The notes beneath the pieces were generated by a model. It worked only from the letters and a program-made list of their open reading frames with translations. It was not told the DNA's origin and made no database searches. Source: Chiloscyllium plagiosum (Eukaryota). Taken from it: 37,990 nucleotides of DNA. Of this stretch, positions 11,675 to 23,668 are shown piece after piece. How positions within the stretch are numbered: position 1 is the first letter of the stretch; each line of letters begins with the position of its first letter. The stretch is taken from positions 977,070 through 1,015,059 of the forward strand of contig NC_057720.1 of NCBI RefSeq assembly GCF_004010195.1, in the 5' to 3' direction. A program made the translations under genes and the position numbers.

Positions 11675-12819
11675 TGTTATGAAATTCTGGGTGTACTGTA
11701 TCTCTAAGGGAACTAACATTTCAGTGTAACATTTGGTCAAACAGCTACCAGTAGCTGGGTTGCTATGAGACAAAAAACAAATTCAAATTCGGCCAATCGG
11801 TTTAAATTATGCCCCAAGATACCAAACTGCAATCGAGTTTGAATTTACTATTTTGATAATTAGATTAGATTAGATTACTTACAGTGTGGAAACAGACCCT
11901 TTGGCCCAACAAGTCCACACTGACCCGCCGAAGCGCAACCCACCCATACCCCTACATTTACCCTTTACCTAACACTACAGACAATTTAGCATGGCCAATT
12001 CACCTGACCTGCACATCTTTGGACTGTGGGAGGAAACCGGAGCACCCAGAGGAAACCCACGCAGACACGGGGAGAATGTGCAAACTCCACACAGTCAGTC
12101 GCCTGAGGCGGGAATTGAACCCGGGTCTCTGGTGCTGTGAGGCAGCAGTGCGAACCACTGTGCCACCATGCCGCCCAAATATTAAAACCGGTGAAATGAT
12201 CTGATGTTTTGGGGTACAAATATCAGATATTTTGAACAGTTAGACAGATGGGAGAACTGCCAAGCCACCAACAAGTACAGACTGCCCAGCAGACCAGCTC
12301 TCAGAGAGGTACCTGTCTGTAAGTTAGTGCAGCAGGACATTGAGGCCGACCTAGAGAGAGAATCTACAGAGGACACTCAGCAAAGTGTTGGGTTTTGAAA
12401 CATGATTTTTTTAGTGAATCGTAACCAGGATTTTTTATCAGACGAGTATTTTAGTGGGGGAGGTCAAACACAGGTTTAAGAGAAAGGAGTTGTAAAGAGT
12501 TGTTAGTTAATATTCTGTTATGCTTAAAGAATAGAGAATAACGTTGTTATTTTTGCCTGAAATAGTGACCTCTGGGATAGCTCTTTGTCTCTTGAATTTT
12601 AACAGCTTACAGCACAGAGTGAATCTTTTCTGTGTTGCTGGTTGAAATTAGCCGGGTGGGGTGGAGGGGGGTTTACTCCTTGTCGTAGCAGTTTGGGGGT
12701 AACTCAGCTACTGGTAGCTATTTGACCCAATGTTATCCTGTTACCTTGTTCAGAACATTTTGTGCTAGCCAGAAAATTCAGCTCCCTTAAAGGTACAGTA
12801 CACCCACAACTTCATAATA
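11675..12819 (+). mobile_element. LTR-like element with inverted termini and 4-bp TSD (TTTG)
   Basis: Starts TGTTATGAAATTCTGGGTGTACTGTA and ends TACAGTACACCCACAACTTCATAATA (inverted); TTTG at 11671-11674 and 12820-12823. Confidence 0.7.
11860..12176 (-). mobile_element. HE1-like V-SINE, young full-length copy
   Basis: A-box and B-box tRNA head, V-type core, (TAATC)n tail; very similar to 28107-28412. Confidence 0.92.
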
Positions 12820-13004
12820 TTTGAGTGGGAGAAATAGAGGTCAGGAACAACAGTGTGAAGCTTAAATAAAGCTAATTCCAAAGGGTTGAGGACAGACGTG
12901 GCTGGGATTCACTGGGAAGGGAGTGTACCAGAAAGGAAGCTTGAGGATCAATGGCAGACCTTTAAGAAAACAGCTTATGATGATCAACAATTACCATCTG
13001 GACA

Positions 13005-13903
13005 ACTTTCCAACAATAATAGTGAGGATGTGTGCTGCAGAATTTGCCGCTCCCCTCGTCAAGCTGTTCCAGTACAGTTACCACACCGGCATCTACCCAA
13101 CACTGTGGAAAATTGCCCAGGAATGTCCTGTACATAAAAAGCAGGACAAATCCAACCGGGCCAATTACCGCCCAATCAGTCTACTCTCCGTCCTCAGTAA
13201 AGTGATGGACGGTGTCAGTAACAGAGCTATCAAGCAGCACCCGCTCAGCAATAACCTGCTCAGTGACGCCCAGTTTGGGATCCCCCAGGGTCACTCAGCT
13301 CTTGACCTCATTACAGCCTTGGGTCAAACATGGACAAAAGAGCAGAATCCGAGAGGGGAGGGGAGAGGGACAGTCCCTGACATCGAGGCTGCATTCGACC
13401 GAGTGTGGCATCAAGGAGCCCTCGCAAAACTGGAATCAATGGGTATCAGGGGGCAAACTCTCCGCTGGTTGGAGTCATACCTGACACAGAGGAAGATGGT
13501 GGTGGTTCTGGGAGGTCAGTCCTCTCAGCTCCAGGACATTACTGCAAGAATCCATTAGGGGAGTGTCCTAGGCCCAACCATCTTCAGCTGCTTCATTAAT
13601 GCACTTCCCTCCACACCAGGTCAGAAGTGGGGATGTTCACCGATGATTGTACAATGTTCAGCACCATTCGCGACTCCTCAGATACCGAAGCAGTCCGTGT
13701 TCAAATGGAAGAAGATTTGGACAATATCCAGGCTTGGGCTGACAAGTGGCAAGTAACATTCATGCCACACAAATGCCAAACAATGACCATCACCAATAAG
13801 AGACAAACCAACCATAAACCCTTTGACATTGAATGGTGTTTCAATCACTGAATCCAACACTATCAACATCCTGGGGCTAACCATTGACCAGAAACTGAAC
13901 AGT
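13005..13903 (+). mobile_element. RT fragment of a second CR1/L2-group LINE family
   Basis: NYRPISLLSVLSKVM, DIEAAFDRVWHQG, GSVLGP-like motif, MFTDDC. Confidence 0.88.
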
Positions 13904-13907
13904 ACTT

Positions 13908-14025
13908 GTCACAATCACCTGATGAAGGAGCAGCACTTCCAAATAAACCTGTTGGACTATAACCTGGTGTTGTGTGATTTTTAACTTTGTACACCCCAGT
14001 CCAACACCGGCATCTCCAAATCATG
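13908..14025 (+). mobile_element. PLE terminal fragment, family B (5' half of hammerhead core)
   Basis: CAC-CTGATGA-AGGAGCAGC then AAACCTGTTGGACTATAACCTGGTGTTGTGTG, shared with 22279-22398 and 33268-33433. Confidence 0.7.
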
Positions 14026-14657
14026 ACCACCCTGTCTATACCCTTCATGGTTTTGTAAACCTCAATCAGGTCCCCCCTCAATCTCCTTTTTTCTAATGAA
14101 AATAAACCTAACCTACTCAACCTCTTTTCATAGCTCGCACCTTCCATACCAGGCAACATCCTCGTAAACCTTCTCTGCACCCTCTCCAAAGCATCCACAT
14201 CCTTTTGGTAATGTGGCGACCAGAACTGTACACTGTATTCTAAATGCAGCTGAACTAATGTCCTGTACAATTTTAACATAACTTGCCAGCTCTTATACTC
14301 AATACCCCGTCCAATGAAGGCAAGCATACTATATGGCTTCTTGACCACTCTACCCACCTGTGCAGCAACCTTCAGGGTACAATGGACCTGAACTCCCAGG
14401 TCTCTCTGCCCATCAACTTTTCCTAAGGCTCTTCCGTTTACAGTATAGTTCACTCTAGAATTAGACTTCCCAAAATGCATCACCTCACATTTGCCTGGAT
14501 TGAACTCCATCTGCCACTTCTCCGCCCAACTCTCCAATCTCCTGTATTCTTTGACAATCCCCTATGCTTTCTGCTACTCCACCAATCTTCGTGCCATCTG
14601 CAAACTTATTGATCAGACCAACAATGCCCTCTTCCAGATCATTTAAGTATATTACGT
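14026..14657 (-). mobile_element. CR1 RT C-terminal fragment
   Basis: FADGTKIGG, WAEKWQMEFN, HLEYSVQFWSP; same subfamily as 18074-20826. Confidence 0.92.
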
Positions 14658-14882
14658 ATAATATGTATATTTCAGAAGGGAATAAACTAACCATGGGTGA
14701 GCAGGGACGTTAACCCAATGTCAAATATAAAGAAAAGCACCCAATGCAGCAAAGTTTCAAGGTGAACTAAAGAACTGGGATTTTTTATTAAAATCCAATA
14801 AAAGATGACCAAGAAAGGTGAGAATAAATTAGGTGAAACGAGTAAGTGATGTAAAAACAGACAGGAAGAGCTTCTTTAATTA

Positions 14883-15136
14883 TGTAAAAAGGACAACAGA
14901 AGACTGCAAAGACTGTTTCCTTTTTTATCTTTACAATTGTGGACTGAGATGAGACAGCTGGGGTCAGGGAAATTATGATGCGGTGAGGCATGACTTAGGA
15001 TGTGTGGCTTGTAAAAAGGACAACAGAAGACTGCAAAGACTGTTTCCTTTTTTATCTTTACAATTGTGGACTGAGATGAGACAGCTGGGGTCAGGGAAAT
15101 TATGATGCGGTGAGGCATGACTTAGGATGTGTGGCT
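14883..15136 (+). repeat. Perfect 127-bp tandem duplication
   Basis: Copies at 14883-15009 and 15010-15136. Confidence 0.95.
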
Positions 15137-17352
15137 TGGAAAAGTAGACTCCAAGGCAAGAGTGTAAATGATATGTGGAGCTTGTTCAAGGAGCAACTAT
15201 TGAGTGTCCTTGATAATTATGTACCTGTCAGGCAGGGAGGAAAGGGTCGTGCGAGGGAGCCGTGGTTTAATAAGGAATTGGAATCCCTTGTTAAATGGAA
15301 GAGGGCGGCCTATCTCAAGATGAGACGTGAAGGTTCAATTGGGGCGATTGAGAGTTATAGGGTAGCCAGGAAGGACCTGAAGAGAGAGCTAAAAGCAGCA
15401 AGGAGGGGACATGAAAGGTCCTTAGTCGGTAGGAGTAGGGAAAACCCTAAGGCTTTCTATAGGTATGTTAGGAATAAAAGAATGACTAGGGTAGGAATAG
15501 GTCCAGTCAAGGATAGTAGTGGGAAGTTGCGTGTGGAGGCGGAAGAGATTGGGGAGACACTGAATGAATACTTTTCTTCAGTATTCACTCAGGAACAGGG
15601 CATTGTTGTCGATGAGAATACTGAGGCACAAATAAGTAGAATGGATGGCTTTGAGGTATGTAGAGAAGAGGTGCTGGAAATCCTGGAAAAGGTGAAAATA
15701 GATAAGTCCCCTGGGCCTGATGGCATTTATCCTAGGATTCTCTGGGAAGCAAGGGAGGAGATTGCAGAGCCATTGGCCTTGATTTTTATGTCCTCTTTGT
15801 CGACAGGAGTAGTGCCAGAAGACTGGAGGATAGCAAATGTGATTCCCTTGTCCAAAAAGGGGAGTAGGGATAACCCTAGTAACTATAGGCCGGTGAGCTT
15901 CACTTCTGTTGTGGGCAAAGTCTTAGAGAGAATTGTAAGGGATAGGATTTATGAACATCTGGATAGGAATAATGTGATCAAGGATAGTCAGCATGGTTTT
16001 GTGAAGGGCAAGTCGTGCCTCACAAACCTTATTGAATTATTTGAGGTAGATTCTTGTTCAGCTGGGATGGAAAGGTGGAATTTAAAACACGAACCGACTG
16101 GCACTGACCTAAGCACCGGAAATGACAACAGCAGACCCAGCCTTGTTCACATTGCAAAGTCCTCCTTACAAATGGGGAGTAAAATTTAGGAAAGCTGTCT
16201 CAGAGACTAGTCAAGTAACAGCCTGACACAGTCATACTCACAGAACAAACCTTACAATGTCCCCATTGGAGGTATGGCATTGAGGGTGAGTTGGAGGTTT
16301 GGATTAGGAATTGGCTGGATGGAAGAAGACAGAGGGTAGTAGTTGATGGCAAATGTTCATCTTGGAGTGCCGTCACTAGCGGTGTTCCGCAAGGATCTGT
16401 TTTGGGACCATTGCTGTTTGTCATTTTTATAAATGACCTGGAAGAGGGGTTAGAAGGTTGGGTGAGCAAGTTTGCGGATGATACGAAAGTCTGAGGAGTT
16501 GTTGACAGTGAGGAAGGATGTGGCAGGTTACAGCGGGATATAGATAAGCTTTAGAACTGGGCAGAAAGGTGGCAAATGTAGTTCAATGTAGCTAAGTGTG
16601 AGGTGATTCACTTTGGGAAGAATAACAAAAAGATGGGGTACTGGGCTAATGGTCGGATACTTGGTAGTGTGGATGAGCAGAGGGATCTTGGTGTCCATGT
16701 ACACAAATCTTTGAAAGTTGCCACTCAGGTAAATAGTGCGGTGAGGAAGGCATATGGCGTACTGGCTTTTATTGGTAGAGGGATTGAGTTCCGGAGTCCT
16801 GGGGTCATGTTGCAGTTGTATAAGACTCTGGTGCGGCTGCATCTGGAGTATTGTGTGCAGTTTTTGTCGCCATACTATAGGAAGGATGTGGAGGCACTGG
16901 AACGGGTGCAGAGGAGGTTTACCAGGATGTTGCCTGGTATGGAAGGAAGATCGTATGAGGAAAGACTGAGACACTTGGGGCTGTTTTCATTAGAGAAAAG
17001 AAGGTTTAGGGGTGACTTGATTGAGGTGTACAAGATGATTAGGGGGTTAGATAGGGTTGACAGTGTGAACCTTTTCCCGCGTATGGAGTCGGGTATTACA
17101 AGGGGGCATAGCTTTAAATTAAGCGGGGGTTGATATAGGACTGAAGTTAGGGGTAGGTTCTTCACTCAGCGAGTCGTAAGTTCATGGAATGCCCTGCCAG
17201 TAGCAGTGGTGGACTCTCCCTCTTTATGGGCATTTAAGCGGGCATTGGATAGGTATATGGAGGATAGTGGGTTAGTATAGGTTAGGTGGGCTTGGATCGG
17301 CGCAACATCGAGGGCCAAAGGGCCTGTACTGCGCTGTATTCTTCTATGTTCT
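15094..17352 (+). mobile_element. 5'-truncated CR1 LINE with (TATGTTC) tail; RT interrupted at about 16047-16267
   Basis: [46 protein letters not shown]; premature stops. Confidence 0.95.
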
Positions 17353-17355
17353 AGA

Positions 17356-20300
17356 ACTGTATTAAACCTTGTGTTTTAAAGGATTGCTGCATGATTTGAA
17401 AAGCAATTCACCTGATACATTTGGCAGGCAATGAGTAAACAGCTGTTTGAGCAAGCAGTCAGTGAAGTGGTTGCAGATGAACTGGAACCAGGGGGATTCT
17501 GTGTATGGACACAACTTGGTGGCAACAAGGAAGTGATTGGTCAATGGACATGTGACCAGTTATGGATGACCAAAACCTTTTGCCTGACAACAACCATGTG
17601 ATTGGTTCTCAGGGTAGTGGAACAGCTTGGAGCTGAGAACTAGATAAAGAGAGAATCATTTAAATCTCCATCAGCACCAAAGCTGTCTCTTCCTGCAGTC
17701 AAAACCGATTTGAAACCTGAAGAAATGCAGTTCATTTTTCCTTCAGTAGGTATTGGAAGACACGATCTTTAACTGATAAATTAGATGCATTTGAAATGTG
17801 AAGCAACCACCCTGTGCCTTCCGCAAACCAGTGGAAGCTTACAGAGAGAATTGGCTAGAAAGCAAGATGCTGATGTGCATTAGAATGGTCTCAGTAAACC
17901 ATGAATAGCAACCACTGAACTGTCCATAACCTACCCTTTGTTGTTTGTCTGCCTGCCTGTGTGTGTCTAAGGGAATTAGAGTTTTCCTCTGTAATGTGAT
18001 AATGCTTACAATTTATACAACTATTTATGTACAACTATTTCCCTGTGGCTTGAGCCCAATAATAATTGAATGAAGAACAAAGAACAAAGAAAATTTACAG
18101 CCCAGGAACAGGCCCTTCGGCCCTCCAAGCCTGAGCCGATCCAAATGTACTGTCTAAACCTGTTGGTCAATTCCTAAGCATCTGTGTCCCTCTGTTCCCC
18201 ACCTACTCATGCATCTATCCAGATGTATCTTAAATGAATCTACCGTGCCTGCCTCTACCACCTCTGCTGGCAACGCATTCCAAACGCCCACCACCCTCTG
18301 TGTGAAGTACTTGCCGCGTGTATCCCCCTTAAACTTTCCACCTCTCACCTTGAAAGCGTGACCTCTCATTATTGAATCCTTCACCCTGGGGAAAAGCTTG
18401 TCTCTATCCACCCTGTTTATACCCTTCATGATTTTGCAAACCTCAATCAGGTCCCCCCTCAATCTCCTTTTTTCTAGTGAAAACAAACCTAAACTACTCA
18501 ACCTCTCTTCATAGCTAGCACCTTCCATGCCAGGCAACATCCTCGTAAACCTTCTCTGCACCCTCTCCAAACTGTCCACATCCTTTTGGTAACGTGGCAA
18601 CCAGAACTGTACACAAAATTCTAAATGCAACCGAACCAATGTCATGTACAATTTTAACATGACCTGCAAGCTCTTATACTCAATACCCTGCCCGATGAAG
18701 GCAAGCATACTATGTGCCTTCTTGACCACTCTATCCACCTGTGCAGCAACCTTCAGGGTACAATGGACCTGCGCTCCCAGATCTCTCTGCCCATCAACGT
18801 TTCCCAAGGCTCTTCCGTTTACAGTATAGTTCGTCTAGAATTAGACTTGCCTAATGCATCACCTCACATTTGTCTGGATTGAACTCCATCTGCCACTTTT
18901 CTGCACAACTCCCCAATCTATCTATATCCTCCTGTATTCTCTGACAGTCCCTTATGATTTCTGCTACTCCACCAATCTTCGTGTCATCTGCAAACTTGCT
19001 GATTATACCATCAGTGTCCTCTTCCAGATCATTTATGTATATCACAAACAACAGTGGCCCCAACACTGACCCCTGTGGAACACCACTGGTCACCTTTCTC
19101 CATTTCGAGAAACTCCCTTCAACTACTACTCTCTGTCTCCTGTTGCTCAACCAGTTCTTTATCCACTGAGCTAGAACACCCTGCACACCATGTGACTTCA
19201 CTTTCTCCATTAGTCTACCATGGGGAACCTTATCAAACACCTTACTAAAGTTCATGTGTATGACATCTTCAACCCTTCCTACATCTATCAACTTGGTCAC
19301 TTCCTCAACAAACTCTATGAAGTTGGTAAGGCACGATCTCCCCCGCACAAAACCATGTTGCCTATCACTGATAAGTCCATTCTTTTCGAAATATAAATAG
19401 ATCCTATCCCTTAGTACCTTCTCCAACAACTTTCCCACCACGGACGTCAGGCTCACTGGTCTGTAATTACCCAAAATATCCCTACTACCCTTCTTGTACA
19501 GGGGGACAACATGAGCAACCCTCCAGTCCTCTGGCATCTCACCTGTGTTTGAGGATGCTACAAAGATATCTGTCAGAGCCCCAGGTATTTCCTCTCTCAA
19601 CTCCCTCAGCAACCTGGGATAGATCCCATCCGGTCCTGGGGATTTGTCCACCTTAATATCCTTTAGCCTATCCAACACATCTTCCCTACCTATGCCAACG
19701 TGATCCAGACTAATCAAACCTCTATCTCTAATTTCAACATTCATCATGTCCCTCTCCTCAGTGAACACTGATGCAAAGTAATCATTCAGAATCTCACCCA
19801 TTCTCTCAGGTTCAACACATAGCGTTCCTTTATTATTCTTTAGTGGACGAATCCTTTCTCTAGTTACCTGCTTGCTTCATATATAAGAATAAAAGGCTTT
19901 TGCATTCTCCTTAATTCTGCTCGCTGAAGCTATTTCATGACCCCTTTTAGCCTGCTTGATTCCTCATTTAAGTCTGGTCCTACTCTTCCAATATTCCTCC
20001 AGGGCCCGTTCTGTTCTTAGCTGCCTGGACCTTATGTATGCTTCCCTTTTCCTCTTGGCTAGTTGTACAATTTCTCCTGCTATCCACAGTTCATGAATCT
20101 TGCCTTTCCTATCCCTTATATTCAAAGGGACATGCCTATCCTGCACTATCTTTAACCTATCTTTGAAAACCTCCAACATCTCAAATTTGGACTTCCCTTC
20201 AAATAGCTGTGTCCAATCTACAGTTCTGAGCTCCTGCCTAATTTTGATACAATTGGCCTGGGCCCAGTTTAGTACTCTTCCCTTAGGACCACTCTCATCT

Positions 20301-20999
20301 TTATCTCCGAGTATTCTAAAACTTACAGAATTGTGGTCACTGTTTCCAAAGAAATCCCCCACCGCAACTTCTACCACCTGTCCTGGCTCGTTCCCCAACA
20401 CCAGGTCCAATATGGCCCCTTCCCTCATGGGACTATTGACATACTGCTCTAGAAAACTCTCCTGGACGCTTCTTACAAATTCTGCCCCATCCAGACCTCT
20501 GACACTAAGTGTATCCCAGTCAATGTTGGGAAAATTAAAATCTCCATCACCACTACCCTGTTGCCTCTACATCTTTCCATAATCTGTTTACCTATTTGTT
20601 CTTCTACCTCATGCTCACTGTTGGGAGGCCTGTAATACAGCCCCAACAATGTAACTGCACCCTTCTTATTTCTCAGCTCCGCCCATAATGCCTCCCTACC
20701 CAAGACCGCCATAGTGTCCTCCTTCAGCACGGCCGTGATATCGTCCCTGACCAGCAATGCAACTCAACCCCCCCCCCGCCTTTTACTTCCCTCCCTGTCC
20801 TGTCTGAAGCGTCTATGTCCTGGAAGGATAACAATAACAATGCTAGTTAATGCAGAAACCTCTTGTGTTTCCAATTGCCCCCCAAAATTAGCTAAACTGG
20901 GGAATTTTGTGTATTTATTTTTTCAGCTTTAACTTTTGTGATGACCCCTGAAATAGAGAGACTTATTTCCAGTGTGCCACCCCCAAGTCAAAGTGAACA
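17356..20999 (+). mobile_element. Probable solo LTR split by the CR1 at 18074-20826
   Basis: Non-coding, starts near TGTA, ends GTGAACA, has CCAAT-type motifs; overall LTR-like by inspection only. Confidence 0.4.
18074..20826 (-). mobile_element. CR1 LINE ORF2 (partial endonuclease + RT) with (TTTGTTC)n tail
   Basis: GLYYRPPN, LDLVLGNEPG..SDHN, 316-aa RT ORF with [10 protein letters not shown] and FADDTK, C-terminal ORF; frameshifts between pieces. Confidence 0.96.
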
Positions 21000-21039
21000 T
21001 AGGCCTTAGAACTTAGAACATCAAACGTAGAGAACGAGG

Positions 21040-21897
21040 CTGTAATAATAATCCTGGGAAACCAGGAAATAGCAGAGAAATTGAATAAATACTTTACATC
21101 AGTCTTCCCGGCAGCGGTCAGGAATAGTTTTCCAAAACCAGCAAATAATCCTGCAGCAAAGGAAGAGAGGCAATTAGTGCAGTAAATATCACCACAGGAA
21201 AAGGGATAGGGAAACAAACGTGACGAACCAGTGATAAGGGCCTTGGATCTGATGGGATACATCCTGGATATTAAAGAAAATAGCTACAGAGATAGAGGAT
21301 GCACTGGGAGTAACCTTCCAGAAATCTTAAATATGGAAAAGTCCCAGAGGAATAGAAAACTGCTGATGAGACTAAAAATTAAGTTTCCCACAGGTCAGTT
21401 GGCTTAACGTTTGTTACTGGAAAAATGTGACAGGGTCAAGGATGTAATAGCAGAGCATCTGGTTCCGTGGATCAGGCAGAGTCACCATGTTTTCATGCAA
21501 GGGACATGATTAAAATTAATTACAAGTACTTGAGGAGGTAACAAGCAGGATAGATAAGGTGATGGAATATATTTGGATTTTTGAATAGGCATTTAATAAA
21601 GTGCCACATATTAGGCTATTTCATAAAATAAGACCCCATGGTGCTAGAGGGAGTAAATTAGCAAGGACAAAGGATTGCAAACTAATAGAAAGTAGAGAGT
21701 TGGGATAAGGGGAGGGAGGTTAATTTCAGGATGGCACTGTGTGACCAGTGGAGTTCCACAGGGATCAGTCCTGGGGCCACAACTATTTACACTATATATT
21801 AATGACTTCACTGAGGGAAGTGAACGTACTATTCTACACAAACATCAGAGATACATCCTGAAGCAATGGATGGATAACAGAAAGTTAAGTTGTGAGG
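21040..21897 (+). mobile_element. Old decayed CR1 RT fragment
   Basis: [48 protein letters not shown]. Confidence 0.8.
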
Positions 21898-22085
21898 CAC
21901 TCTGGACTGTGGGTGTTGAGAGTGGGGGATTCAGTGATCGTAACACCATTGAATGACAAAGATGTTGGTAAGATTTTCTCTTATTGAGGAGAGACATAGC
22001 CTGGCATTTGTGTGGCACGAATGCGACGTGCCACTTTTCTGCCTAAGCCGGGGATATTGTCCAGATCTTGCTCTATTTGAACATG

Positions 22086-22186
22086 AGTTGAAAAATGTGG
22101 TGCTGGAAAAACACAGTAGGCCAGGCAGTATCCGAGGAGCAGGAGAATTGACGTTTCGGGCATAAGCCCTTCTTCAGGAGCCTTCT
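22086..22186 (-). mobile_element. 101-bp PLE family A insertion
   Basis: Perfect 14-bp TSD TCTATTTGAACATG at 22072-22085 and 22187-22200. Confidence 0.82.
22150..22177 (-). ncRNA. Minimal type I hammerhead ribozyme core
   Basis: CUGAAGA-A-GGGC-UUAU-GCCC-GAAAC-GUC: both conserved boxes, 4-bp stem II, GUC triplet; stem I weak. Confidence 0.65.
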
Positions 22187-22278
22187 TCTATTTGAACATG
22201 GACTGCTTCAGTAACTGAGGAGTTGTGAATGGTGCTGAACATCCACCAACAAACATCCCCGTCTCTGACCTGATGATG

Positions 22279-22398
22279 CCATGATGTGAAGGTGCTGCTG
22301 TTGGACTGGGGTGGACAAAGTCAGAAGTCAAATAACACCAGGTTATAGTCCAACAGCTTTATTTAAACTTGGAGCCCGGTTCATTTGTCAGATGACTG
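22279..22398 (-). mobile_element. Older PLE family B terminal fragment
   Basis: TGTTGGACTGGGGTGGACAAAG..AACACCAGGTTATAGTCCAACAG. Confidence 0.65.
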
Positions 22399-23340
22399 TA
22401 TGATGGCAGGAGGGTCATTGATGAAGCAGCTGAAGATGGTTGGGCCTAGGACACTCCCCTAAGGGACTCCTTCAGTAATGTCCTGGAGCTGAGATGACTG
22501 ACCTCCCAGAACCACCACCATCTTCCTCTGTGTCAGGTATGACTCTAACCAGCGGAGAGTTTACCCCTGATACCCATTGATTCCAGTTTTGCCCGGGCTC
22601 CTTGATGCCACATTTGGTCGATTGCAGCCTTGATGTCAGGGACTGTCCCTCTCCCCTCCCCTCTGGAATCCAGCTCTTTTGTCCATGTTTGACCCAAGGC
22701 TGTAATGAGGTCAGGAGCTGAGTGACCCTGGGGGATCCCAAACTGGGTGTCACTGAGCAGGTTATTGCTGAGCAGGTGCTGCTTGATAGCCCTGTTACTG
22801 ACACCGTCCATCACTTTACTGAGGATGGAGAGTAGACTGATTGGGCGGTAAGCGGCCTGTTTTTTATGTCCAGGACATTCCTGGGCAATTTCCCACATTG
22901 TCGGGCAGATGCCGGTGTGGTAACTGTACTGGAACAGCTTGGCTCAGGGAGTGACAAGTTCTGGAGCACAAGGCTTCCGTACTATTGCTGGAATGTTGTC
23001 AGGTCCCACAGCCTTTGCAGCATCCAGGATGTTAAATGCTCAGTGTCATTCATTATATAACCCTATGTTGCAGACTGGCATATTCCAGGGTGACACTCTT
23101 GAGGGACACAGGAGTAGCTGCTGTGAGGGTGAATGGAGAAGGTCATAGTCTATGGACTGGCAGCTCAATGTTCTGGGTCCAGATGCTATAGGAAGGGCAA
23201 AAATGGAGGCAAGAGAGGAGGGGATGTGGCGTTTTTGATTAGGGAAAGCATTCCTGCTGTACTTAGACAGGCTATTTCTGAGGGATCATCCAGTGAAGCT
23301 ATGTGCATGGAACTCAGAAATAAGAAGGTGATGATCAGAA

Positions 23341-23668
23341 GGGGGTGGCATGATAGCTCAGAGGTTAGCACTGCTGCCTCACAGCGCCAGGGACCCGGGT
23401 TCGATTCCAGCCTCAAGCAACTGTCTGTATGGAGTCTGTACGTTCTCCCTGTGTCTGCATGGGTTACCTCTGGGTGCTCCTGTTTCCTCCCAAAGTCCAA
23501 AGATGTGCACTTTAGGTGAATTGGTCATGCTAAATTGCCCGTAGTGTTCAAGGATGTGTAGGTTAGGTGCATTAGTCAGGGGAATGGGTCTGGGTGGGTT
23601 ACTCTTCGGAGGGCCGGTGTGGACTGGTTGGGCCGAAGGGCCTGGTTCCACCCTATAGGGATTCTATC
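23341..23668 (+). mobile_element. HE1-like V-SINE inserted into an old CR1 endonuclease fragment (about 23040-23700)
   Basis: tRNA head GGTTAGCACTGCTGCCTCACAGCGCCAGGGACCCGGGTTCGATTCC; flanks read ELRNKKVMI | LVGLY. Confidence 0.88.

Larger units (their letters stand above)
21915..23030 (-). mobile_element. Second LINE family RT fragment, interrupted by two PLE insertions
   Basis: YRPISLLSILSKVM, DIKAAIDQMWHQG; similar to 13005-13903. Confidence 0.88.

Noticed and set aside
18074..20826. Active autonomous LINE
   Set aside because: 5'-truncated and ORF2 is split by frameshifts and stops; the same applies to all LINE copies here
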